From positions 1,421-65,420 of the forward strand of contig MHKS01000004.1 of assembly GCA_001818495.1 (NCBI GenBank): a DNA stretch of 64,000 nt. Direction: 5' to 3'. The notes under the pieces are model-generated. The model was not told the origin of the DNA and made no database searches. It saw only the letters and a program-made list of their open reading frames with translations. Shown piece after piece: positions 9,080 to 16,926 of this stretch. A program made the translations under genes and the position numbers. The stretch comes from Candidatus Komeilibacteria bacterium RIFOXYD1_FULL_37_29 (GTDB lineage Bacteria; Patescibacteriota; Patescibacteriia; UBA1558; GWA2-36-10). Every line of letters starts with the position of its first letter. Position 1 is the stretch's first letter.

Positions 9080-9146
9080 TAGGGTTCAGAATTTGTCCTC
9101 CAAATTATGCCATCTAAAAACTCGGGTCTAAAACCGAGTTTTTGGT
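9080..9146. repeat. degenerate copy E of intergenic repeat (TAGGGTTCAGAATTTGTCCTCCAAATTATGCCATCTAAAAA) fused to bidirectional terminator AAAACTCGG-gtctaaaa-CCGAGTTTTT
   Basis: Pattern match to core of copies A-C; hairpin + T-run between convergent genes. Confidence 0.4.
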
Positions 9147-9183
9147 TACAAAAAATTGAAAGAAATTTAGCCACTAAACTGAT

Positions 9184-11028
9184 TTATTCAATATCCCACG
9201 GAATTGATAGCTGACCGACAAAATCATAATCACCAAATAGTACATCAGCTACTCCAGAGCCTTCACTACCTGGTAGCCAGGCAGCTACGATGGCATCCCA
9301 ATCATTGCTTACAGCACTAATATCCAAGGGTCGACCGGATATAATAATAACTACCAATTTTTTACTGGCCGTTTTGACTCGTGTAATTCTGGCTAGGTCT
9401 TCGGTACTCAATCTAGGATGCTGATTGTCGCCCCAACCCTCGGCATAAGGTTTTTCGCCAACTACGGCAATACCTATATCAGCCAAGTCGTCGCTTACGG
9501 TAAATTTTCCTTCAAGATTATAATCAATGCTTGTGTTAGCCGAAACAGCCTGTTTGATTCCCGACAAAATAGTAGTACCAGGTACCCAGTTGCCGTCGAT
9601 ACCTTGCCATTCTACAGTCCAAGCGCCCATCTGCTGGCCAAGATTATCGGCCGCCGAACCAGCCACTACAATTCTCTTAGCATTGTTTGCCAGGGGCAAA
9701 GTATTATTTTTGTTTTTTAGTTCTACCAATGATTTGCGGACAGCTTCTCGAGCTAGCTTACGGTGAGCTGGAGCGCCGAGTATAGACAGATCAATTTTCG
9801 TCTGGTTTTGATCAAAAAGTCCCAAACTAAATTTGGCTCGCAAAATTCTACTGACGGCATCATCTAACCGCGCTGGGCTGATATCATGGTTTCGAAGGGC
9901 TTTTTGAAGGTCGGCGGTAAATTGCTGGTAATCAAACGGCAACATCACTAGATCAACTCCGGCATTGATGGCTGTGACAATGGATTGATACTTATTGTTA
10001 GATATTTCGTAAACGCCATACCAATCAGATACTACAAAACCTTTGAAGTCCAATTCGTTTTTTAAAACATCGGTCAATAAATAACGCTGGGCGGCCATAT
10101 TTTTTCCTTGCCAGTTATTTAAGCCGGCCATGACGCTCAGAGCGCCCTCATCAATTGCCGCTTGAAACGGCGGTAGGTGAGTGAGTCGCAACTGCGCTTC
10201 GGTTATTTGACTGTCGCCTTGATCAATTTTAAAGTTTTCATTAATTGAAGTTCCCCAAGTCATAGCACCGGTACCGACATAGTGTTTAGCTGTACCTAAA
10301 ACCATCGGCCAGTCACTGTTTGGATTTTGTAAACCGTTTAAATAAGCGCGTCCTAGTTTGGTCACTGTTTGAGTGTTGCTTCCAAAAGTTTCATAGACCC
10401 TGCCCCAGCGTATGTCTTGAGGCACATCTAGATTCGGACCAAAAGTCCAGTGAATGCCTGTGGCTAGCAGCTCTTCTCTGGTAGCCTGGGCCACTCTTTT
10501 GACCAACTCGGTATCGTTGGTAGCTCCTAGACCAATGGCCTGTGGGAAAACCACAGATCCCGGAACATTGGCATGACCATGGTTGGCGTCGACGCCGTAA
10601 AGCAAGGGAATTTTTAGACAGGTTTTTAAAGCTACGGCATTAAAATTTTCTACCATTTTAAGCCAAGCCTCCGGCGTATTTGGATTGGGTTTTGCTCCGG
10701 CTCCGCTCAGTAATGCACCCAAGTGGTAATCAGCAATGTCTTGTGGTTTTAGGAGACTGTTTTTTTCCACCAAGGCCAATTGGCCGATTTTTTCCGCCTC
10801 GGTCATACGACCAAGTAAATCCTTTATTCTTTCTTCAGTTGGAATACTGGGATCTAAATACTTAGCGCTAGCAGCAAGACAATTTCGTGTTTCAATGGCT
10901 GGGCTGGTGGTTCTAGCGGGATTTTTTGTAATTAACTGGTCAAATATAATAAAAGCCAGAGCGATTAATCCTATAGCCAAGATCATTGGGGTATAAAAAT
11001 TTTTTTTCTTTTTTTTCGCTTTGCTCAT
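9184..11028 (-). CDS. glycoside hydrolase family 3 (beta-glucosidase/BglX-like), N-terminal membrane anchor
   Basis: KHYVGTG (GH3 N-domain), GFVVSDW catalytic nucleophile motif, C-domain VVIIISGRPLDI; N-terminal polybasic + TM segment. Confidence 0.85.
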   Translation of the reverse strand: MSKAKKKKKNFYTPMILAIGLIALAFIIFDQLITKNPARTTSPAIETRNCLAASAKYLDPSIPTEERIKDLLGRMTEAEKIGQLALVEKNSLLKPQDIADYHLGALLSGAGAKPNPNTPEAWLKMVENFNAVALKTCLKIPLLYGVDANHGHANVPGSVVFPQAIGLGATNDTELVKRVAQATREELLATGIHWTFGPNLDVPQDIRWGRVYETFGSNTQTVTKLGRAYLNGLQNPNSDWPMVLGTAKHYVGTGAMTWGTSINENFKIDQGDSQITEAQLRLTHLPPFQAAIDEGALSVMAGLNNWQGKNMAAQRYLLTDVLKNELDFKGFVVSDWYGVYEISNNKYQSIVTAINAGVDLVMLPFDYQQFTADLQKALRNHDISPARLDDAVSRILRAKFSLGLFDQNQTKIDLSILGAPAHRKLAREAVRKSLVELKNKNNTLPLANNAKRIVVAGSAADNLGQQMGAWTVEWQGIDGNWVPGTTILSGIKQAVSANTSIDYNLEGKFTVSDDLADIGIAVVGEKPYAEGWGDNQHPRLSTEDLARITRVKTASKKLVVIIISGRPLDISAVSNDWDAIVAAWLPGSEGSGVADVLFGDYDFVGQLSIPWDIE

Positions 11029-11097
11029 GAGCTAATTATACCACTTATTTTTTCAAACAAAAAATAAGTGGTATAATTAAGATATTAAAATTCAAAT

Positions 11098-12015
11098 ATG
11101 AAAAAGATCATTCTGGGAATCGGAGCAGTGTTAGTAGTTTATCTAGCTTTTATTTTGATTAAATCATTTTTAACAGAAGCAGAAATACCGCAGACTAACA
11201 TTCAAAAACAAACAGAGGCCAAGGTTTTTTTGCAAGAATTTAAAGAAGAAAAAATAAAAGAATTTCAAAAATTAGGAGTTAATTTGGAAGATTGGCAAGC
11301 GGCTTATTTTTATTTTATCAGTGCACCAGAAAATGGATATTATGCAGAGGTCAGCGGAAGACAGGAACCAACTATAATATATGGTCCAAATGATAGAATT
11401 TTGCCTCGTAAATTTTCCTGGCAGGAGAGTATAGGTGGCATGAGTAAAATGGCTGGTTTACCAACAATGTACAATAATGTTTTATATTTTGTGAATAGTG
11501 GATGTACTGAAACAGCCAATAGTTTTAATTGTTTATCAGAACAATATTTAGAATATTCCAACGACTATGGCAAATCTTGGCAACAATCTTCTGTCCCTAT
11601 CCCTCAGCGTATTAAAGAAACTTATTTTGTTATTCATAACGAAACTTTATATCATATATATTCAAGCTGGTGTGACAATATTAGTATATTTCCTGCTCTC
11701 GGATATGATTGTGGAGAAGTATATATCAGAAAACTGGAAGAGGGCGATAGATGGAGTGAACCTAAAAAATTATTTTCAACCGCTCGTTCTTTATTGGGAG
11801 TTTATAGTAGTGAAGATTCATTGATGTTAATATGGCAAGATACCAGGTTTAATTGGGCTAATTGGTGTGGGTTTATACCGAGTATAGGTTGTGTTGACGG
11901 AGAGCCTACGAGCGGGCCATATGTATTATATCTTGGTCAATACAATGTACAAGCCGATACATTTGATGAATATATTATTCAGAATCAATATGATAAAGAT
12001 TTAAGGTTGTATTAA
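11098..12015 (+). CDS. hypothetical membrane-anchored Cys-containing protein (305 aa)
   Basis: N-terminal TM helix, several spaced Cys pairs; no family recognised. Confidence 0.4.
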   Translation: MKKIILGIGAVLVVYLAFILIKSFLTEAEIPQTNIQKQTEAKVFLQEFKEEKIKEFQKLGVNLEDWQAAYFYFISAPENGYYAEVSGRQEPTIIYGPNDRILPRKFSWQESIGGMSKMAGLPTMYNNVLYFVNSGCTETANSFNCLSEQYLEYSNDYGKSWQQSSVPIPQRIKETYFVIHNETLYHIYSSWCDNISIFPALGYDCGEVYIRKLEEGDRWSEPKKLFSTARSLLGVYSSEDSLMLIWQDTRFNWANWCGFIPSIGCVDGEPTSGPYVLYLGQYNVQADTFDEYIIQNQYDKDLRLY

Positions 12016-12032
12016 GCAAATTTTTTATAACA

Positions 12033-12056
12033 AAAACCCCCTCTCGGGGGTTTTTG
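12033..12056. terminator. bidirectional Rho-independent terminator AAAAACCCCC-tctc-GGGGGTTTTT
   Basis: Perfect GC hairpin flanked by A-run and T-run between convergent genes. Confidence 0.7.
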
Positions 12057-12081
12057 ATGCTTTAAAATAAGCTTTAATCAA

Positions 12082-13344
12082 TTAAATGTTTTTTCTCCAG
12101 TCGCGTTTAAATGGTTGGTGTCGACGTTTTTTAGAATGAAAATTATTACTTGGTCTAGTTCTATTACCAAAACCTCTTTTACGAGGCGCTTCTTTAGGAG
12201 CAACAATAATTTTATCCATTTTTGGTAAAGACCTGATAGGCAAACGGGTGCGAATCAGTTTTTCAATAGTAAAAATATCTCTTTTTTGTTCGGGAGCAGC
12301 AAACGATATGGCTTTGCCGTTTTTACCAGCGCGACCAGTCCGACCAATGCGGTGGACATAATCTTCTGGATTATCTGGCAGATCATAGTTGATAACCAAT
12401 TCTATGTCTTGGACATCAATACCACGAGAAGCAATATCAGTGGCTACCAAAACTCTAGTTAAACCTGATTTAAAATCTTTGAGAGCCTTGGTGCGTTGCA
12501 TCAATGATTTATTAGAATGTATTTCGGCGGCCGGATAACCCATAGCGTTTATAGAGCTAGTAATCTTTTTGGCACCATGTTTGGTTCTACTAAAAATAAG
12601 CACCCGCTGACCATATTCGGCCAGTAATTCGTTTAGTAAAGAAAGTTTTTGGGCTTGGGATACAATAAATACTTCTTGAGTTATACTAGCCAGAGTAGTT
12701 CCAGCTGGCGCCACTTCCACTCGTAGTGGAGAACGCATGTAGTTTTTAGCCAGTCTAGTTATTCTTTCGGGCATAGTAGCTGAAAAAAGCATAGTTTGAC
12801 GCTGACCAGTTGGTATAGTAGCTAAGATTTTTTTAATATCTGGTTCAAAGCCCATATCTAACATCCGATCAGCTTCGTCTAATACCAAAATTTTTACATT
12901 ACCAAGAATAGATCTTTTCTTACTGAGATGATCTATCAAACGACCAGGGGTAGCTATAATAATATGTGGTCGATTAGCCAGAGCTCTAGTCTGTGGGCCA
13001 ATGGCTGTACCACCGATAATGATAGCGGTGCGCAAACCAAAAGTACCACCCAAAGCCTTGAGAGATTGGTCCACTTGAGCAGCTAATTCACGAGTCGGTA
13101 AAAGCACTAGTCCAGTACCTTTGTTGTGAAACAAACGTTGAATCATAGGAATACCAAAAGCCATGGTTTTACCGGTGCCTGTTTGGGCAATACCCATAAG
13201 ATCCTGGCCAGTAATAGCAATGGGGATAGTTTGTTGTTGTATAGGTGTAGGTTTATTAAAGCCCAATTTTTGCAATTGGCTCAATATACTTGGAAGGATA
13301 TTTAATCCAGTAAAAGATAAGTTTTCGTTACTTGTTTTTGTCAT
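12082..13344 (-). CDS. DEAD-box ATP-dependent RNA helicase
   Basis: Q-motif, AQTGTGKT (Walker A), DEAD, SAT, HRIGRTGRAG motifs in order; basic C-terminal tail. Confidence 0.9.
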   Translation of the reverse strand: MTKTSNENLSFTGLNILPSILSQLQKLGFNKPTPIQQQTIPIAITGQDLMGIAQTGTGKTMAFGIPMIQRLFHNKGTGLVLLPTRELAAQVDQSLKALGGTFGLRTAIIIGGTAIGPQTRALANRPHIIIATPGRLIDHLSKKRSILGNVKILVLDEADRMLDMGFEPDIKKILATIPTGQRQTMLFSATMPERITRLAKNYMRSPLRVEVAPAGTTLASITQEVFIVSQAQKLSLLNELLAEYGQRVLIFSRTKHGAKKITSSINAMGYPAAEIHSNKSLMQRTKALKDFKSGLTRVLVATDIASRGIDVQDIELVINYDLPDNPEDYVHRIGRTGRAGKNGKAISFAAPEQKRDIFTIEKLIRTRLPIRSLPKMDKIIVAPKEAPRKRGFGNRTRPSNNFHSKKRRHQPFKRDWRKNI

Positions 13345-13551
13345 ATATAAAAATTACGACCCGATATTCCATCTGGTCGTATTTATATAAAACGAGAGGT
13401 TCCGAGCCCTGCTCCTTAAAATCGGAGCTTAATAATTGGCTATTATATACTATAATAGTATATTTGTCAATAGTAGAGGCATCTTCCCTCACTATCTGCC
13501 TGTCGGTCACATTCCGCCAAAGGTGGCTAGTTTTTTATTTGAAAGAATAGG

Positions 13552-13560
13552 TGGTATAAT
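13552..13560 (+). promoter_or_regulatory. extended -10 TGGTATAAT upstream of NYN gene
   Basis: Consensus match 29 nt upstream of ATG 13589. Confidence 0.35.
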
Positions 13561-13588
13561 AAAAATATAAAAATTAGGAATTAAAATT

Positions 13589-14119
13589 ATGGAAGAGCAA
13601 AATCAGATAAATCAAAAAATAAGACAACGGATTATCAATCAATCGGTCGCTATACTTTGCGATGGTAATAATATTGAAAGAAGTATTCACGCGATTTCTA
13701 ATAACAAAAATGCCATGATTGATTTTGATGCCGTTATTCCCAAGCTATTAAACGGCCGAGGTTTGAATAGATTACTATATTTTCGTGAAGGCACCTCTAT
13801 TTCAGCCAAGTTTGCTGAAAGACTGCATGAAAATTATTATGGTTCAGTGATTCCCTGCCATAAATCAGCTGACATTCCTTTGACAATCAAAGCCACTCAG
13901 CTGGCTTCCAAGGTTGACACTATTATAATAATGTCTGGTGATTCTGATTATGTAGATTTGGTGTCATATATGAAAGGTGAGGGTGTCAGAGTAGAGATAG
14001 CAGCTCTTAAAAAAACTACCTCCAAAGCGTTGATTGATGAAGCTGATTATTTTCATGAGATTGTTAAAGAAGATTGGTTTGTCTACAAAGCTCCTAGTAA
14101 ATATGTTAAGAGAGTGTAG
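13589..14119 (+). CDS. NYN-domain (LabA/DUF88-like) putative RNA nuclease
   Basis: AILCDGNN near N-terminus and IIIMSGDSDYVDLV matching NYN/LabA aspartate motifs. Confidence 0.55.
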   Translation: MEEQNQINQKIRQRIINQSVAILCDGNNIERSIHAISNNKNAMIDFDAVIPKLLNGRGLNRLLYFREGTSISAKFAERLHENYYGSVIPCHKSADIPLTIKATQLASKVDTIIIMSGDSDYVDLVSYMKGEGVRVEIAALKKTTSKALIDEADYFHEIVKEDWFVYKAPSKYVKRV

Positions 14120-14158
14120 TATATTGCATGAGTAAAAAGATAAAATAATAGATATTTT

Positions 14159-14905
14159 ATGGAGGCAGATAAAATCAAACAAGTTGTTCAAAAAAGTTAT
14201 GCCAACATAGCCACCAAGCCCAGTGGTGGTTGTAAGTGTAGCTGTAGTTCAGATAACAGTGAAGCAATTTCCAAAAGCATTGGCTACTCTGACGAGCAGA
14301 TAGCAGTCGCACCAGAAGCCAACCTTGGTCTGGGTTGTGGCAATCCAACGGCTATTAGTAAAATAAAAGTCGGGGAGACTGTTTTGGATCTTGGCTGTGG
14401 TGCCGGCTTTGATGCTTTTTTAGCCGCCAAAAAAGTTGGCGATACTGGTAAGGTTATTGGTGTAGATATGACTCAGGAGATGATTGATAAAGCCAAAGTA
14501 TTGGCTGAAAAATATAATTATAAAAATGTCGGATTTAAGTGGGGGGAAATTGAAAATTTACCCATAGCTGATAATTCTATAGATGTTGTAATTAGCAATT
14601 GTGTGATTAATTTGGCTCCAGATAAATTAAAGGTATTTAAAGAAGCCTATAGAGTTTTAAAAACCGGAGGTAAAATGTACGTTTCCGATATTGTTTTATT
14701 AAAAGATTTGTCTAAAGAACAGAGAAACAATGAAGATTTAATAGCCAGCTGTGTCGGTGGAGCGCTTTTAAAGGATGATTATATAGACAAGGTTAAACAA
14801 GCTGGTTTAACAGTAAATATTTTAAGTGAAAATAAAGATATTAGTAAAAAACAGTACCAAGGTTTACCTCTTGAAAGCTTATCTTTAGAAATTATTAAAA
14901 TATAA
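14159..14905 (+). CDS. SAM-dependent methyltransferase, arsenite methyltransferase (ArsM)-like
   Basis: Cys-rich N-terminus (GGCKCSCSS), GCGNP motif, [14 protein letters not shown]-binding motif I, conserved Cys later (NCVINL, SCVGG). Confidence 0.55.
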   Translation: MEADKIKQVVQKSYANIATKPSGGCKCSCSSDNSEAISKSIGYSDEQIAVAPEANLGLGCGNPTAISKIKVGETVLDLGCGAGFDAFLAAKKVGDTGKVIGVDMTQEMIDKAKVLAEKYNYKNVGFKWGEIENLPIADNSIDVVISNCVINLAPDKLKVFKEAYRVLKTGGKMYVSDIVLLKDLSKEQRNNEDLIASCVGGALLKDDYIDKVKQAGLTVNILSENKDISKKQYQGLPLESLSLEIIKI

Positions 14906-15051
14906 GTAAAATTTAAAATAAAATTTACGTCAGCATTTATTTTTTTGTCTATTAATATTAATTGACAAAATATCAGGTAATCGTTAATGTGTAAGTAGCT
15001 GATTGTAGTTATTTCACAACCCTAAACCGCCTTATTTTAGGAGGCTAACTA

Positions 15052-15186
15052 ATGAATAGTAAGAAAGTAGCTATTCGTGCCGTTGAGATATGCCAAAAGG
15101 AGCATATCTCGCCAGAGGGTGCTGTTGTTCTCGCTGCCAGAGAACTTCACATTCCCCTGACGCCAGCGGCGAAGGGGGCAACATGA
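15052..15186 (+). CDS. small protein (44 aa) at start of GC-rich island
   Basis: SD GGAGG 7 nt upstream; stop overlaps start of next gene (ATGA); ~50% GC versus ~33% flanks. Confidence 0.35.
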   Translation: MNSKKVAIRAVEICQKEHISPEGAVVLAARELHIPLTPAAKGAT

Positions 15187-15758
15187 GGCGAGCCCTCTGG
15201 GTACTGTCCTTCAGTATCCTCATAGTCACTGGGATAATCATTGCCTGCCAGGACGGATCAGTCCCGACGGCAATGTCTACCCAAACCAATGACACTCCCA
15301 CGATGTTAGGCGCGGCAACGTCTTTTGTCGCCGGAGCGTCATATTCAGACTCACACCGTAATGCGATTTTTATCCCTCGAAACGAAACTGACAGCGGTGG
15401 CGTGTATGCATTCGATATTAGAATTGATGGCAGCCATCAATTCCAGGCCGAAATTTCTTTGGCAGCTTTCATCGTCTTTTCTGAAGCCCTAGATCTTCAG
15501 CAGATCGCAGATGTTGGAACACCCAAAGAAACGACGTTTCCTGTAAACACTCGGGCCATTCCAGGCACTATCTGGAAACATCGTACTTTAGACGCCTGGA
15601 TTATTATCGAGGACGTAGAAGGCGATGTCTACACTTGTGACATCCGCATAAATGGTTCGAGTCAACTTTTGCCGGTTAAGGTATCGGTCCAAGCTCTTCA
15701 GCAAACGCTATCTATCGCGTTTTTCACCGATCTCCTTTCGGAACGTTCTATCCAATAA
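15183..15758 (+). CDS. lipoprotein (191 aa) with internally duplicated ~70-aa domain
   Basis: Signal peptide + lipobox IIAC-Q; AFDIRIDGSHQ... and TCDIRINGSSQ... tandem domain repeat; ORF-track start 15090 is in-frame upstream but ATG 15183 is translationally coupled and begins the signal peptide. Confidence 0.5.
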   Translation: MRRALWVLSFSILIVTGIIIACQDGSVPTAMSTQTNDTPTMLGAATSFVAGASYSDSHRNAIFIPRNETDSGGVYAFDIRIDGSHQFQAEISLAAFIVFSEALDLQQIADVGTPKETTFPVNTRAIPGTIWKHRTLDAWIIIEDVEGDVYTCDIRINGSSQLLPVKVSVQALQQTLSIAFFTDLLSERSIQ

Positions 15759-15785
15759 CTCCCCACAGCTACAATCAGCCACCTG

Positions 15786-15817
15786 GGAGGATGTATAACA
15801 CGCATCCTCCTCTTTTT
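15786..15817 (+). terminator. Rho-independent terminator GGAGGATG-tataacac-CATCCTCC + T-run
   Basis: 8-bp GC-rich stem then TCTTTTT. Confidence 0.55.
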
Positions 15818-15855
15818 AAATAATGGAAAATAGAGTAAAATATAAGTAGATTATT

Positions 15856-16857
15856 TTGATAAAAATGAAAGAAAAATCCACCAATTTATTTCACAAGGCC
15901 AGTGCCGGCAGTCTGATGACCACTAGCGTACCTACCACCTTTTTAGATAGTACTATTTTTTCTATTGAGGAGTATTTATTAATAAATACCAAGCAGCTCA
16001 AATCAATAAATTATGTTTATATTTTGAGTAAAACAGGTGTCCTCAAGGGGGTTATTTCTATTAAAGAGATTTTTCGTCAGCCCAAAAGCAAAAAAGTATC
16101 GGAAGTAATGATTTCTGAATTAGTAGTAGCCCATCTTCATACCAGTCAGGAAAGAGTAGCTTACTTGGCTTTAAAACATAATATCAAAGCCATACCAGTG
16201 GTGGATAAAGAAGGTAAATTTTTAGGTGTAGTTTTAAATGATGATATCCTACGAGTTATTTATTCTGAAGCCCAGGAAGATATTTCGCACTTTGCCGGTG
16301 TACCACACCACTCATCAATTAATATTGATGATGTTACTAGTTTGTCACTGTTTGTTTCATTGAAACATCGTTTGCCTTGGTTGATTATTGGACTTTTGGG
16401 GGGACTTTTGGCGGCCCGAGTGATTGGTTTTTTTGAAAGCACCTTAGCGCAAAATATAATTTTAGCCGCTTTTATTCCACTAGTAGTTTATATGGCCAGC
16501 GCAGTGGGGACACAGGTAGGATTTTTTATTATCAGAGACCTAGCTATTAACCCCAAGATAAATTTTTTAACTTATACTGTACACCAACTTAAAGTTATTT
16601 TACTCATTGGCATAATCATCTCTTTGGCGGTTTTTGGTATCACTTGGATTTTTTACAGTGAACTGATGATTGCTTTTGTTTTAGCTTGGGCTATGTTTTT
16701 GGCCATCCTATCATCGGTCATTACGGGTCTTTTTATACCTTATGCTTTTAGTCGGGTAAAACTTGATCCGGCCAATGCCAGCGGGCCAATTGCTACTATT
16801 ATTCAGGATTTGATGAGTGTTACTATATATTTGCTGGTAGCCAGCAGTTTGTTGTAA
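15856..16857 (+). CDS. mgtE: magnesium transporter MgtE (CBS pair + MgtE membrane domain; lacks long N-domain)
   Basis: CBS-type region followed by TM domain containing DPANASGPIATIIQDLMSVTIYLLVA, matching the MgtE DPAxxxGPxxTTxxD signature. Confidence 0.75.
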   Translation: MIKMKEKSTNLFHKASAGSLMTTSVPTTFLDSTIFSIEEYLLINTKQLKSINYVYILSKTGVLKGVISIKEIFRQPKSKKVSEVMISELVVAHLHTSQERVAYLALKHNIKAIPVVDKEGKFLGVVLNDDILRVIYSEAQEDISHFAGVPHHSSINIDDVTSLSLFVSLKHRLPWLIIGLLGGLLAARVIGFFESTLAQNIILAAFIPLVVYMASAVGTQVGFFIIRDLAINPKINFLTYTVHQLKVILLIGIIISLAVFGITWIFYSELMIAFVLAWAMFLAILSSVITGLFIPYAFSRVKLDPANASGPIATIIQDLMSVTIYLLVASSLL

Positions 16858-16874
16858 AAATGATTTAGTTAATA

Positions 16875-16907
16875 AAAAACAACTCCCCTAATGGAGTTGT
16901 TTTTTTG
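16875..16907. terminator. bidirectional terminator AACAACTCC-ccta-ATGGAGTTGTT flanked by A/T runs
   Basis: Hairpin between convergent genes. Confidence 0.6.
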
Positions 16908-16926
16908 TATGGCCAGGTCTCAATTT

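Noticed and set aside
15071-15301. 76-aa ORF on the minus strand inside the GC-rich island
   Set aside because: Overlaps the coupled plus-strand gene pair, which has SD sequences, a lipobox and a terminator. High GC makes spurious open frames on the opposite strand likely.
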